Part shown: positions 20,137 through 30,764 of the stretch, in pieces
How the letters are laid out: each line of letters begins with the position of its first letter
How positions within the stretch are numbered: position 1 is the stretch's first letter
Assembly (NCBI GenBank): GCA_003343705.1
Contig: QAKR01000010.1
Span: 3,855-67,854, forward strand
Origin: Clostridiales bacterium
GTDB lineage: Bacteria; Bacillota; Clostridia; Oscillospirales; UBA644
Direction of reading: 5' to 3'
DNA length: 64,000 nucleotides
Notes under the pieces: generated by a model
What the model saw: the letters and a program-made list of their open reading frames with translations, nothing else
Database searches by the model: none
Told to the model about the DNA's origin: nothing
Translations under genes and position numbers: made by a program

Positions 20137-20177
20137 AATTAATGCCCTGTTTTATATAGACGGGCATTAATTTTTTA
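20137..20177 (+). terminator. Rho-independent terminator of sleB
   Basis: aattaatgccc / gggcattaatt inverted repeat followed by ttttt. Confidence 0.7.
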
Positions 20178-20275
20178 CTTTTATAGTTAAAAACCTAAAT
20201 AATTTTCACGTTCCATCTTTATTTTTCCGAAAATATATGTTACAATATAAATATAAAATTTGGGGAGGGTCTTTT

Positions 20276-20983
20276 ATGCCAAAAACCATTTATGTTGTAG
20301 ATGACGAAACAAATATACGAGAAATAGTTCGTTCGTATATTGAAAAAGAAGGTTATACAGTTAAAGAATTCGAGTGCGGTGAAGATGCTTTAAAGGCGTT
20401 TGCAACCGAAATGCCGGATATGCTTATAATTGATATTATGATGCCGGGAATGTCCGGTTTTGAGCTTTGTAATGAAATACGTAAGAAAGCTAATACACCT
20501 ATAATTATTGTTTCAGCACGCGACGAGGAGCTCGATCGAATTCTCGGAATAGAGATGGGCGCAGACGACTATATGATGAAGCCTTTCTCACCTCGTGAAT
20601 TAGTTGCAAGGATTAAAGCTGTTTTCCGCCGTGTTGATGGCATGATGAAAGAAAAGGATTCAGGCGTTTTACCTAACTGCCGAGACCTTAAAATATATCC
20701 GGTTGAACGTAAAGTAGTTAAAACAGATGCTTCGGGCGAAACCGAAATTCAGTTTACCGCAATGGAGTATGATTTTCTATATTTTATGGTAATAAATAAA
20801 AACAGAGTGTTTACAAGAGATCAGTTGCTTAAAAACATCTGGGATTATCAATATGTCGGAGATACCCGCGCAGTGGACGATCTGGTTAAGCGTATACGCA
20901 AAAAGCTTGATAATGCAAATATGGATTTCGGTATTGAAACAGTATGGGGTTACGGATATAAGGTGACGGATAAAGTTGAATAA
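20276..20983 (+). CDS. OmpR-family response regulator
   Basis: MPKTIYVVDDE...DIMMPGMSG receiver domain and a winged-helix C-terminus (VWGYGYKV). The ATG at 20276 follows GGGGAGGG. The track start at 20237 overlaps a tacaat -10-like box and is probably an over-extension. Confidence 0.9.
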   Translation: MPKTIYVVDDETNIREIVRSYIEKEGYTVKEFECGEDALKAFATEMPDMLIIDIMMPGMSGFELCNEIRKKANTPIIIVSARDEELDRILGIEMGADDYMMKPFSPRELVARIKAVFRRVDGMMKEKDSGVLPNCRDLKIYPVERKVVKTDASGETEIQFTAMEYDFLYFMVINKNRVFTRDQLLKNIWDYQYVGDTRAVDDLVKRIRKKLDNANMDFGIETVWGYGYKVTDKVE

Positions 20984-22433
20984 GATAAATGAAAAAATAA
21001 AAAGACATTTACCGCATTTCGGTATTCAAGCGAAATTAACGCTTATTTTTATGTTATTAATCATAATAATAGGCGGAATTTCGCTTGGATTCGTATCATT
21101 TTTTATGGAAGATTATGTAATAAATGCCGTACAACGGGATTTACTTGATAACACAGATAAACTAACAAGATATTATCTTAATTTTGCAGGATATGATTAT
21201 ACATTGGATACGATGTTTGATATGGTTGCAGATAAGAACTATTCTTTTGTTATTTTAGATGAAAAAGGTGATTATGTCGACAGCCGTGATGCTGGGGCAC
21301 TTAAGCGAGTTTTTTCGGATATTGAAAAACAAGCTCCGGGCGCACTTTCCCAATTTGTTATAAAAGATGGCACAAAACTCGTTAAAATAGAAAATCGTGC
21401 ATTTATCATGTGTACACAAAGGATGACCATAAACGGCTACACAGTAGGATTCCTTGTTCTCCTTACACCTCTTTCAAACTATACATTCGCCTCAACTCCG
21501 ATAAGCTTATATTTCTTTGCAATTCTTGTGGCGTCGGTTCTTGCTATCCTTATAGCAACATTTATGGCAAAAACAATAACTTCTAACATAAAACGCCTTA
21601 AAGTTCGGGCAAATCTTTTAGCAAATAGGCGCTTTGATGTTGATGTCCCAATAACTGCAACCGACGAGGTCGGTGAGCTTGCCGCATCTATTGACGAAAT
21701 GGCAAAAAGCATACAGGAATACGACAGTAATCAAAAGGTATTTTTACAAAACGCATCACATGAACTTCGAACACCACTTATGTCGGTACGCGGATATGTA
21801 GAAGGAATAAAAGACGGGGTTTTCGAAGATACTGATGAAAATTTGGATCTTATATTAGCACAGGTTTCTCGCCTTGAAAAACTGATAAACGATGTTATGT
21901 ATCTTTCAAAAATTGAAACGGCAGATGGGATGCTTAAATTTAGCAATGTTAATATTCAGGAAATAGTCGATGAATCATTTGACCGTGTTATGGGTATCTC
22001 AATTGCAAATAATATTAATCTTAAAAAGATAAATTTCCAAAACATTGACATAAATGCAGACAGTGAAAATTTAAAAACAGCCATAACAAATATTCTTTCA
22101 AATTGTTTACGATATGCCAAAACAGAAATAGAGGTTATTTTGAATGTTTACCCTCATAATATTTCTATTACAATATCTGACGACGGTCCCGGTATAAACC
22201 CGGAAGAATTGCCTCATATTTTTGAACGCTTTTACAAAGGTAAAAAAGGTAAATACGGGCTTGGTCTTGCAATAGCAAAAGCGGTTGTTGAAGGACATAA
22301 AGGTCAAATCTATGCTTATAATAAAAACCATATTTCAGATGATATTGATTCGATTCAGACCGGCGCTGTGTTTGTTATAACATTACCAAGAGAAGAAAAA
22401 AACATAAAAAAGAATTTTGAGCTTTCGAAATAA
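20976..22433 (+). CDS. Sensor histidine kinase (TM-sensor-TM-HAMP-HisKA-HATPase)
   Basis: H-box NASHELRTPL, N/G boxes (ISDDGPGI, GLGLAIAK) and two TM segments flanking a ~130-aa extracellular region. The TTG start overlaps the regulator's stop. Confidence 0.9.
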   Translation: MNKINEKIKRHLPHFGIQAKLTLIFMLLIIIIGGISLGFVSFFMEDYVINAVQRDLLDNTDKLTRYYLNFAGYDYTLDTMFDMVADKNYSFVILDEKGDYVDSRDAGALKRVFSDIEKQAPGALSQFVIKDGTKLVKIENRAFIMCTQRMTINGYTVGFLVLLTPLSNYTFASTPISLYFFAILVASVLAILIATFMAKTITSNIKRLKVRANLLANRRFDVDVPITATDEVGELAASIDEMAKSIQEYDSNQKVFLQNASHELRTPLMSVRGYVEGIKDGVFEDTDENLDLILAQVSRLEKLINDVMYLSKIETADGMLKFSNVNIQEIVDESFDRVMGISIANNINLKKINFQNIDINADSENLKTAITNILSNCLRYAKTEIEVILNVYPHNISITISDDGPGINPEELPHIFERFYKGKKGKYGLGLAIAKAVVEGHKGQIYAYNKNHISDDIDSIQTGAVFVITLPREEKNIKKNFELSK

Positions 22434-22507
22434 ATTAAACAATATTTGCAGGAATGATTAACAGATTTAGTGAACGTTAAAAACAAGTTCGGCACTAAAG
22501 CATTAAT

Positions 22508-22548
22508 AAAAAGCTTGAGACATTGATCTTAGGTCTCAAGCTTTTTTT
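22508..22548. terminator. Bidirectional terminator between convergent genes
   Basis: aaaaagcttgagac / gtctcaagcttttt inverted repeat with T-runs on both strands. Confidence 0.7.
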
Positions 22549-22582
22549 ATGATTGTTATTTAAAATTATTTTTAATTAAATA

Positions 22583-23683
22583 TTATTTTTGAAGTTCATA
22601 ATGCATAATAAGTAATACAGCATCATTATAACTTTGTACTCCGCTTTCTACTCCTTGAGCTTTTATGAAAGCATCATTAACGTCATCAGAAGCATCCATA
22701 ATCTTTCCTTCAAACTTTTTCCAGTAGTCATTTACATGATGCAAATCATTTTTTACCTTATCAGATAATAAAGAATAAACTTTATTATAAAGTTCTTTAT
22801 CAATAGAATAAAGTTCATTTGATAAGGATGTGAATGCAAACAGATAACCTGAATAACGATAATCCGCATTTTCTGAATTTATGCAAGAAATATATGCAAA
22901 AAAGTTACATTCATCTTCTCGTGCAAATCCGCAAGTATGCGCAAGTTCGTGGGCAGCATTCATAGGAATACGGCACTCCGGAACATCTGTATTTACATTT
23001 GGTTCGCAAAACAGAGGCATATACAGCCCACATATACCGGTATATGACCACAAAGGAGAGATCATAACACTTTTTACACGAGACTGCGGTATAAAAAGAA
23101 ATTCATATTCAGGAACAATATTTTTATAACCGTTTTTAGCATCTGCCAGGGTGTTTTCCAAGCTTTTTGAAAAAGTCATAAAACCGTTTTCATCCTCGTT
23201 AGTTTTAAGGCGTTCCAAATTTGCTTTTTCTGCCATTTCTTTACAAACAGAATATATTTCCTGGGATGTAAACATACGATTATTATCATACCCCATAAGT
23301 TCATACGCTGAATGTCTGTAAAAATTTACGCCGTGCATAAGCATATAAAGTAAAAACGCAAAAGAGAAAACCCCTAAGCAGGAGTATAAAAAAGATCTGA
23401 ATTTTAACTTTTTCATAATCATTAAAACAATACAGATAATTATAACTGCAATTAAAACATACAGCATAACTTCAGTAAGAGAAAAAGGAATAAGCCCGGA
23501 GAAAAAGCCTATAATATGTGATAAAACAATAAATACACCACGAGAAAAAAAACCTTCCACCATATCCGGAAAGAAAGGTGAAATAGCACAAAGAAGGATC
23601 CCTAACCCGAGTGGAATTAATAATAATAATAAGACCTTCGGATTAAATTTTATTTTTCTGTTTCCCTTTTTTTTCTTTGACAT
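22583..23683 (-). CDS. Membrane-anchored HExxH metallopeptidase-like protein (DUF3810-like)
   Basis: Several N-terminal TM helices followed by a soluble domain with AAHELAHTCGFARE. The ATG at 23683 (MSKKKKG) follows GGAGGTG, and the track GTG start lies inside the SD. Confidence 0.6.
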   Translation of the reverse strand: MSKKKKGNRKIKFNPKVLLLLLIPLGLGILLCAISPFFPDMVEGFFSRGVFIVLSHIIGFFSGLIPFSLTEVMLYVLIAVIIICIVLMIMKKLKFRSFLYSCLGVFSFAFLLYMLMHGVNFYRHSAYELMGYDNNRMFTSQEIYSVCKEMAEKANLERLKTNEDENGFMTFSKSLENTLADAKNGYKNIVPEYEFLFIPQSRVKSVMISPLWSYTGICGLYMPLFCEPNVNTDVPECRIPMNAAHELAHTCGFAREDECNFFAYISCINSENADYRYSGYLFAFTSLSNELYSIDKELYNKVYSLLSDKVKNDLHHVNDYWKKFEGKIMDASDDVNDAFIKAQGVESGVQSYNDAVLLIMHYELQK

Positions 23684-23835
23684 AAAATACACCTCCGTAA
23701 ATATATTACCAGAAAATATAGATCTTAGAAAAACATAATTACAAAAAAAATGTATTATTTTTATTAAGAATAAAGACAGATGTATAAAATACCAATTTTA
23801 ATACAACTACATTTTTTTATATGGAGAAAAAGGCT

Positions 23836-24096
23836 ATGAAAAAAGTAATGTTCATACAGATTACATCAATCTTAAACTTCAGGTTTATAAGGATTTTTAT
23901 GGTTTTTGAAGAGAGTGAAGATTATATAGCTATGTCAAAACACATAAAAGCTAAACCTGATTCTTTTTCATTACAAAAGCAATCATTCAGTTTAAGAGAT
24001 ATTAGTTCAGATATTTTTAAGCAAGACATTGGTGCTATAAAGTCAAATGCAATGTGTATTTTTGTATTGTCGCATATAAAAAGAAGATTAAAATAA
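23836..24096 (+). CDS. Possible small hypothetical protein (86 aa)
   Basis: GGAG lies 9 nt upstream of the ATG, and a hairpin with a T-run starts 10 nt after the stop. The composition is odd and no family is recognised, so this is weak. Confidence 0.3.
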   Translation: MKKVMFIQITSILNFRFIRIFMVFEESEDYIAMSKHIKAKPDSFSLQKQSFSLRDISSDIFKQDIGAIKSNAMCIFVLSHIKRRLK

Positions 24097-24105
24097 ATTG
24101 AAACA

Positions 24106-24135
24106 CCGTACCATATATTGGTGCGGATTTTTTTA
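24106..24135 (+). terminator. Rho-independent terminator
   Basis: ccgtacca / tggtgcgg stem (one G-U pair), 5-nt loop, then attttttta. Confidence 0.5.
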
Positions 24136-24145
24136 TTATATTGGC

Positions 24146-24174
24146 TTGACATTTTGGTAATATTGTGGTAAAAT
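24146..24174 (+). promoter_or_regulatory. Sigma-A-type promoter of the opp operon
   Basis: TTGACA (24146-24151), a 17-nt spacer ending in TGg, then TAAAAT (24169-24174), 41 nt upstream of oppB. Confidence 0.6.
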
Positions 24175-24214
24175 GTTAAAGATATAACAATATAATTATA
24201 GGAGAGATTACCTA

Positions 24215-25132
24215 ATGTGGAAATATGTCTTAAAAAGGGTGCTGCTGGCAATCGTAACAGTTTTTATCATTGTTGCTATCACATTCTTTGCAATGAACGC
24301 CATTCCGGGCGGCCCATTTCAAAAAGAAAAAGCGCCTGACCCAGCGGTTCAAAGACAACTCGAAGAAAGATTTCATTTAGACAAACCTATTTGGGAACAA
24401 TTTTTCATATATCTTGGAAATATGTTTCACGGGGACTTGGGCATTTCGCTTAAAAACGGAAGAGATATTGCTCAAACAATATCCGAAAGTTTTACAATAT
24501 CTGCAAAATTAGGTGGGGCATCAATTGTTGTTGCTCTTGCTTTTGGATTATTTTTCGGCTGCCTTGCTGCAATTAAACGAAACTCATGGGTAGACCGTGG
24601 AATAATTTTCTTATCCACACTATTTGTTGCAGTTCCATCATTTGTTTTAGCAACGATACTATTACTGATTTTCTGCTTATTATTACAATGGGTTCCGGTT
24701 TGGTCTTCATCACCGACCATTGCTAACTATATTTTACCGGTTATCGCATTGGCGTTATACCCAATGTCATATATAATCCGCTTAACAAAATCCAGTATGC
24801 TTGATGTACTTGGGCAGGATTATATTCGTACCGCACGTGCAAAGGGTGTATCTGAAACAAAAATCATATTTAAGCATGCACTCAAGAATGCTCTTACACC
24901 TGTTATAACATATGTCGGCCCTCTAACAGCTTATACGCTTACAGGTAGTATGGTTGTTGAAACAATTTTTACAATTGGCGGCCTTGGCTCTAAATTTGTA
25001 TCAGGTATTACAAACCGTGATTACCCAATGATAATGGGAACTACTATATTCCTTGCATCTTTGATAGTTCTATTTACCTTGGTAAGCGACCTACTTTATA
25101 AGGCCGTAGACCCAAGAGTAAAATTTGATTGA
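24215..25132 (+). CDS. oppB: Oligopeptide/dipeptide ABC transporter permease
   Basis: MWKYVLKRVLLAIVTVFII..., the IRTARAKG EAA-loop motif and six TM segments. AGGAGAG SD. Confidence 0.9.
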   Translation: MWKYVLKRVLLAIVTVFIIVAITFFAMNAIPGGPFQKEKAPDPAVQRQLEERFHLDKPIWEQFFIYLGNMFHGDLGISLKNGRDIAQTISESFTISAKLGGASIVVALAFGLFFGCLAAIKRNSWVDRGIIFLSTLFVAVPSFVLATILLLIFCLLLQWVPVWSSSPTIANYILPVIALALYPMSYIIRLTKSSMLDVLGQDYIRTARAKGVSETKIIFKHALKNALTPVITYVGPLTAYTLTGSMVVETIFTIGGLGSKFVSGITNRDYPMIMGTTIFLASLIVLFTLVSDLLYKAVDPRVKFD

Positions 25133-25143
25133 GGAGGATGCAC

Positions 25144-26574
25144 ATGAAAAACGATAAATTCCCTAAAAAGCATTTTTTAAGTATGCAGCTTGATCTTTCA
25201 AAGTTTGAGCCGGCGACAGAATCAGAAAAAGAACAACAACAACAGATGGGAAAAAGTACAACATTTTTCCGCGACGGCATGAAGAGTCTTTTTAAAAACC
25301 CTCTTGCAGTAGGAAGTATAATTGTTCTTTTCTTTATTATATTAGTAATTATAGTAGCTCCGTTTATATGTCCATATGGATATGAAGAAATAATTGAAAT
25401 CAACGGTGTAAAAGATACTACGACAAAAAACTTGCATCCGTTCCAATATTCTGATGCAGAACGTCTTTTCATGAAAAAAGATGCCGTGTTCATGGGATGG
25501 AGCACTAAACGAGTTTATTTACTTGATAATCAAGCTTATGTCGACAGCCTTGTTGAGCAAGAAGGCACTCTTGTAACAAACTCTTTTGAATTAACAAAAA
25601 ACACAACACTTTATGCAGTATGGGGTGTAGATGAAGATAAAAACGGTGTTGTAGATTTTGGATCAGAATTATTTAATTATAGCGGTGAAAGCAATCTTCT
25701 CGGAAAGAAAGCAGGTGAAGCTGCTACTTTAAGAGTTAAATATAACTCTAACGGCGGTGTGGGTGAACTCCCGTCAGAAGGACGTTATGCTCCCGGAGAT
25801 ATCATTGTTCCTGTTTCACAAGTAGACTTTGTAAAAGAGGGGCAAAGCTTATTCCCGCACATATTCGGAACAGACGATCTCGGGCGTGACTATTTTATAA
25901 GAGTTGTTTACGGAACTCGAGTTTCACTTGTTGTAGGTCTTTTTGCAAGCCTTATAGTTTTAATAATCGGCTTGCTTTACGGATCGATTTCTGGGTATGT
26001 TGGGGGAAAAACAGACCTAATAATGATGCGAATTGTAGATATAATATATTCATTGCCAGATATGCTTGTTGTAATTCTGTTATCGGCTGTGCTTGATTCG
26101 GTTTTTGCAACTTCGCTGGACGGAACAATATTTGCAAAATTGGGTACCGGAATGATAAGTATTTTTATTGTATTTGGATTGCTTTATTGGGTTGGTATGG
26201 CAAGACTTGTCAGAGGCCAAATTTTATCAATTAAAGAACAAGAATATGTATTGGCTGCAAAGTCATTAGGAGCAAAACCAGGTAGAATAATAAGAAAACA
26301 TATTCTCCCCAACTGTATAAGCGTAATAATAATATCAACAGCACTTCAAATTCCGTCTGCTATATTTACCGAAAGCTTTTTAAGCTTTGTAGGATTAGGT
26401 GTTCAGGCGCCTATGCCTTCACTTGGTTCTTTAGCAAATGCTGCAAGAAGTGGCTTGCCTGAGAGCGCATATAAATTATTATTCCCCGCAGGGGCAATTT
26501 GTTTAATAGTTTTAGCATTTAACCTTTTGGGCGACGGTCTTCGCGATGCCTTCGACCCGAAGCTTAGGAGGTGA
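25144..26574 (+). CDS. oppC: Oligopeptide ABC transporter permease with a ~170-aa extracellular insertion
   Basis: The C-terminal ~250 aa is a standard OppC/DppC (HIFGTDDLGRDYF, EYVLAAKSLGA). Extra sequence sits between TM1 and that block (see finding). The ATG at 25144 is 6 nt after GAGGAGG, and the track TTG at 25129 is unlikely. Confidence 0.85.
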   Translation: MKNDKFPKKHFLSMQLDLSKFEPATESEKEQQQQMGKSTTFFRDGMKSLFKNPLAVGSIIVLFFIILVIIVAPFICPYGYEEIIEINGVKDTTTKNLHPFQYSDAERLFMKKDAVFMGWSTKRVYLLDNQAYVDSLVEQEGTLVTNSFELTKNTTLYAVWGVDEDKNGVVDFGSELFNYSGESNLLGKKAGEAATLRVKYNSNGGVGELPSEGRYAPGDIIVPVSQVDFVKEGQSLFPHIFGTDDLGRDYFIRVVYGTRVSLVVGLFASLIVLIIGLLYGSISGYVGGKTDLIMMRIVDIIYSLPDMLVVILLSAVLDSVFATSLDGTIFAKLGTGMISIFIVFGLLYWVGMARLVRGQILSIKEQEYVLAAKSLGAKPGRIIRKHILPNCISVIIISTALQIPSAIFTESFLSFVGLGVQAPMPSLGSLANAARSGLPESAYKLLFPAGAICLIVLAFNLLGDGLRDAFDPKLRR

Positions 26575-26580
26575 CCGGTT

Positions 26581-27585
26581 ATGGCTGAAAAAATACTTGA
26601 AGTAAATAACCTTCAAACATCATTCTTCACTGATGCAGGGGAAGTAAAAGCCGTTAACGGTGTTTCTTTCAATCTTGAAAAAGGGCAAACTCTGGGTATA
26701 GTCGGAGAGTCAGGTTCAGGAAAATCAGTTACGGCATATTCTATATTACAAATTCTCGATAATCCCGGTAAAATTGTTGGCGGTGAGGTCTTATTCGAAG
26801 GTCAAAACATCGTAGGCTGCAGTAAAAAGCAAATCAGATCTATTCGCGGAAATAAAATAAGTATGATCTTTCAGGATCCAATGACATCTTTAAACCCGGT
26901 TTATACAATTGGGAATCAGCTTTCCGAGGCTATCATTCTTCATACCGGACGCAATAAAAAACAAGCAAAAGAGCGTACTATTGAAATGCTTAAGCTTGTC
27001 GGAGTTAATGATCCGGGGAAACGTGTTAAACAATATCCGCATGAACTTTCAGGCGGAATGCGACAGCGTGTTATGATAGCAATGGCATTAGCTTGTGAAC
27101 CTGACATTTTAATTGCAGACGAACCCACAACAGCTCTTGACGTAACTATTCAAGCACAAATTTTACGACTTATGCAGGATTTACAGAAAAAGCTTGGTAT
27201 GGCAATTATTATGATAACCCATGATCTTGGCGTAATAGCTCAGATATGTGATAAAATAATAGTACTTTACGGAGGCAAAGTCTGCGAACGCGGAACAGCA
27301 GACGATATTTTCTATTCGCCTAAACATGAATATACAAAAGGGCTTTTACGATCAATTCCGAGTATTGATAATACAAAAAAACGTCTTGTTCCTATCGGCG
27401 GAACACCGATAGATCTTCTTCATATGCCTAAAGGGTGTCCCTTTTCTTCACGTTGTGATAAGGCTATGAAAATCTGTTTGGAAAGTATTCCGGATGAAAT
27501 AGATTTTGGTGGCGAGCATTCTGCTTGTTGTTGGGCTGAAGTTGAAAAGATGTATAAAAACACAGACGGGGAGGACAAAAAATGA
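26581..27585 (+). CDS. oppD: Oligopeptide ABC transporter ATP-binding protein
   Basis: Walker A GESGSGKS, signature LSGGMRQR, Walker B ILIADEPTTALD, and a C-terminal oligopeptide-type Cys-rich tail. Confidence 0.9.
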   Translation: MAEKILEVNNLQTSFFTDAGEVKAVNGVSFNLEKGQTLGIVGESGSGKSVTAYSILQILDNPGKIVGGEVLFEGQNIVGCSKKQIRSIRGNKISMIFQDPMTSLNPVYTIGNQLSEAIILHTGRNKKQAKERTIEMLKLVGVNDPGKRVKQYPHELSGGMRQRVMIAMALACEPDILIADEPTTALDVTIQAQILRLMQDLQKKLGMAIIMITHDLGVIAQICDKIIVLYGGKVCERGTADDIFYSPKHEYTKGLLRSIPSIDNTKKRLVPIGGTPIDLLHMPKGCPFSSRCDKAMKICLESIPDEIDFGGEHSACCWAEVEKMYKNTDGEDKK

Positions 27586-28544
27586 GCAGTGATTATCTGA
27601 TAGAAGTACAAGATTTAAAACAGCACTTTCAGATAAAAACGGGCTTTTTTAATAAAACCCCGTTAAAGGCCGTAGACGGAGTAAGTTTTAAAATTAAAAA
27701 AGGTGAAACATTAGGCCTGGTAGGAGAATCAGGCTGCGGAAAAACAACTGTGGGCAGAACACTGATGAGGCTTTATACTCCAACATCAGGCAAAGTACTT
27801 TATGACGGTGTTGAAATTACGGATAAAAACATTCATGACTATCGTAAAAAAATGCAAATGGTATTTCAAGACCCATACTCATCCCTTAACCCGAGAATGA
27901 CGGTTGCTGATATAATAGGCGAACCACTTGACATTCATAAACTTTGTGCAACTAAACAAGATCGAGAAAGAAGAATCGCAGAGCTTATGGATCTTGTCGG
28001 TCTTAACAACGAACATTCACGACGTTATGTTCACGAATTTTCAGGAGGACAACGTCAGCGTATAGGCATTGCCCGTGCTCTCGCCGTTAATACAGAGTTC
28101 ATTGTTTGTGATGAGCCTGTATCAGCTCTTGACGTATCAATTCAAGCTCAGGTAATAAATATGTTTGAGGACCTACAGAATAAAATGGGGCTGACATATT
28201 TATTTATTGCCCACGATCTTCTTATTGTTAAACATATTTCAAATCGTATTGCAGTTATGTATCTTGGTAAAATTGTGGAGCTTGCTGATTCAATTGAACT
28301 CTGCGAACAGCCGCAACACCCCTATTCTATCGCACTTTTGTCTTCAGTACCTGTACCTGATCCGAATCAGGCGCGCGTTAACAAAGGTATAATTTTGGAA
28401 GGAGACGTTCCAAGTCCTTTAAGGATGCCCAGTGGATGTGCTTTCCGTACAAGATGTCCGTATGCAACAGAAAAATGTGCACAAGAATGTCCGCCTTTAA
28501 CAGACAGAGGTAACGGGCACTTATTAGCTTGTTGGAACAAATAA
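27582..28544 (+). CDS. oppF: Oligopeptide ABC transporter ATP-binding protein
   Basis: [29 protein letters not shown]. The start overlaps the oppD stop. Confidence 0.9.
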   Translation: MSSDYLIEVQDLKQHFQIKTGFFNKTPLKAVDGVSFKIKKGETLGLVGESGCGKTTVGRTLMRLYTPTSGKVLYDGVEITDKNIHDYRKKMQMVFQDPYSSLNPRMTVADIIGEPLDIHKLCATKQDRERRIAELMDLVGLNNEHSRRYVHEFSGGQRQRIGIARALAVNTEFIVCDEPVSALDVSIQAQVINMFEDLQNKMGLTYLFIAHDLLIVKHISNRIAVMYLGKIVELADSIELCEQPQHPYSIALLSSVPVPDPNQARVNKGIILEGDVPSPLRMPSGCAFRTRCPYATEKCAQECPPLTDRGNGHLLACWNK

Positions 28545-28572
28545 CATTTTTTTCATAATTTTTATCAAAATC

Positions 28573-28601
28573 TTGACAAAATCATTTTTTTAGTGTATAA
28601 T
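28573..28601 (+). promoter_or_regulatory. Consensus sigma-A promoter in front of oppA
   Basis: TTGACA (28573-28578), exactly 17 nt, then TATAAT (28596-28601). Confidence 0.65.
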
Positions 28602-28676
28602 ACATCATATTAATATTTTATTTTAATTACCAAACCCCAATAGAGGGTTGTAATAAATTTTTAGGAGGAATTTTTG

Positions 28677-30458
28677 ATGAAATTCAAAAAAGCATTGGCA
28701 ATTGTTCTTTCTTTTGTTCTTGTGCTTGCTATGTTTACAGCTTGTACAAACAATAAAGAACAAAAACCTTCGGGCAACACAGACAATAATCAATCAACAG
28801 AGAAGCTTTATCCAAATCCCTATGATGCTTCAAATTGGGATGAGTACAACAACCTTATAGCACAAATAAAAGCAGAAACTGATTTTGCTAAGCGTGAGGA
28901 GCTCATGCATAAAGCTGAAGACATCCTCATGGCTACAGGTGCTATTTGCCCGATTTATTATTACAATGACATCTACATGATGAAAAACACTGTTAAAGGT
29001 TTCTATGCAAACGTTTACGGTACAAAATTCTTTATGAATGCTACAAATGGCGATAACAAAACATTAAAAATCAATCTTGCTTCCGAACCCGACAGACTTG
29101 ACCCGGCTTTAAACAGTTCTGTTGACGGAGCTTGTCTTGCAGCAAATTCATTTGCAGGCCTGTTTACATACAATGACAAGGGTGAAGTAATCCCCGCGCT
29201 TTGTGAAAAATACACAGTAAGTGACGATGGTCTTACCTATGTTTTCACTCTTAAAGATAACCTCAAGTGGTCTGATGGATCTGCACTTACAGCAAAAGAC
29301 TTTGAGTATTCATGGAAAAGAGCTGCAAACCCAGAAACAGCAGCAGATTATTCCTACATGCTTAACGGAATTGCAGGTTACGGCACAGACGCAGGCATCA
29401 ATGTTAAAGCTTCAGATGACGGAAAAACATTTACAGTTGTTCTTTCTGCCCCCTGTGCATACATGCTTGACCTCTGCGCATTCCCCACTTTCCTTCCTGT
29501 AAAACAAAGTGTTGTTGAAAGCGCTACAGGCTACCGCGGTTCTGATGGTAAAATTCTTGATGCAGGCGCATGGGCTACAAATGCAGGATTTGTTTCTAAC
29601 GGTGCATACATTCTTGAAAGCTGGAAACACAACGAGAGTATGGTTTACGTAAAGAATCCTAATTATTACGATGCTGCAAACGTAAAAATAGAAAAACTTG
29701 AATTTATGCTTTCTGCAGATGATACTGCTATTTTCTCAGCATACGAAGCAGGAAACCTTGATTTCATTGATACGGTTCCTAACGACAAGCTTGCTGAACT
29801 TAAAGCACGTCCCGACTTCTATAAAATTGACCAACTCGGAACATATTACGTTTCATTCAATGTAAAGAGCAAACTCTTCACCGGTCTTAGCGGCACAGAT
29901 GCAAGCAAACTTAGAATCGCTCTTTCTCTTCTTATAGACAGAAATTACATTGTTGAGACTTGTGGTCAGACAGGTCAACAAATAGCAACAAGTTTCATTC
30001 CTGCAAAAATGCTTGATGGTCAAGGCGGCGAATTCAAAGCAGAAAATAACGGATATACATATCCTGTTAAAAATTCACTTGGTTACTTCTTAGAAGGTTC
30101 TGATGAAGAAGAATTCGCAAAGAACAAAGAAGCAGCTGTTGCAATACTCAAAGAACTTGGCTACACATTCGGAAGCGACGGCAAAATTACAGGTGATAAA
30201 ACTATAAACTTTGAATACCTTGTTAACGAAACTTCAGGACATATTGCAATTGCACAATGCATTCAACAGGATTTAGCAAAAGTAGGTATCACAATGACAA
30301 TTAAAACTATTGACTGGGATACTTTCCTTGCTGAAAGAAAAGCAGGTAACTACGATATCGCTCGTAACGGTTGGGTTGCAGACTTCAATGACCCGATTAA
30401 CTTCCTTGAAATGTGGACTACAAAGAGCGGTAACAACGATTGCCAATTTGGTAGATAA
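28677..30458 (+). CDS. oppA: Oligopeptide-binding lipoprotein (family 5 SBP)
   Basis: MKFKKALAIVLSFVLVLAMFTAC lipobox. It has typical SBP_bac_5 length and blocks (LASEPDRLDPAL, WSDGSALTAKDFEYSWKR). AGGAGG SD, with the ATG at 28677. Confidence 0.9.
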   Translation: MKFKKALAIVLSFVLVLAMFTACTNNKEQKPSGNTDNNQSTEKLYPNPYDASNWDEYNNLIAQIKAETDFAKREELMHKAEDILMATGAICPIYYYNDIYMMKNTVKGFYANVYGTKFFMNATNGDNKTLKINLASEPDRLDPALNSSVDGACLAANSFAGLFTYNDKGEVIPALCEKYTVSDDGLTYVFTLKDNLKWSDGSALTAKDFEYSWKRAANPETAADYSYMLNGIAGYGTDAGINVKASDDGKTFTVVLSAPCAYMLDLCAFPTFLPVKQSVVESATGYRGSDGKILDAGAWATNAGFVSNGAYILESWKHNESMVYVKNPNYYDAANVKIEKLEFMLSADDTAIFSAYEAGNLDFIDTVPNDKLAELKARPDFYKIDQLGTYYVSFNVKSKLFTGLSGTDASKLRIALSLLIDRNYIVETCGQTGQQIATSFIPAKMLDGQGGEFKAENNGYTYPVKNSLGYFLEGSDEEEFAKNKEAAVAILKELGYTFGSDGKITGDKTINFEYLVNETSGHIAIAQCIQQDLAKVGITMTIKTIDWDTFLAERKAGNYDIARNGWVADFNDPINFLEMWTTKSGNNDCQFGR

Positions 30459-30475
30459 TAGAACTTTATAACTTA

Positions 30476-30512
30476 AAATTCCCCACAGAAATGTGGGGAA
30501 TTTTGTATTTTT
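30476..30512 (+). terminator. Rho-independent terminator of oppA
   Basis: aaaattccccaca / tgtggggaatttt stem, gaaa loop, T-rich tail. Confidence 0.75.
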
Positions 30513-30764
30513 ATTCTTCAATAAAGCTTTAACAGCTGTATAAAAGAAACTAATTACAGAATGTAATTAGTTTACCTGAGAAACACTCAGTATGCAGTAT
30601 TTACCGTACAAAAAGCACTTTGTGTTTTCTTTGTAACCGATGGTAATAAAACAGTATTTACGCTGAAATTTAAAAACATACAGTCATGGTGTCGGGTACA
30701 AGGGTAAATACAAAATCTCATTTTGAATAAATGATTCTAAGAATCAAATTACCTATGTAAATAG

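Noticed and set aside
23922-24251. 109-aa minus-strand ORF spanning the opp promoter region
   Set aside because: It overlaps the TTGACA-17-TAAAAT promoter, the oppB SD and start, and a plus-strand terminator. It has no SD and an implausible composition.
25074-25505. 143-aa minus-strand ORF across the oppB/oppC junction
   Set aside because: It is antisense to two well-supported permease genes.
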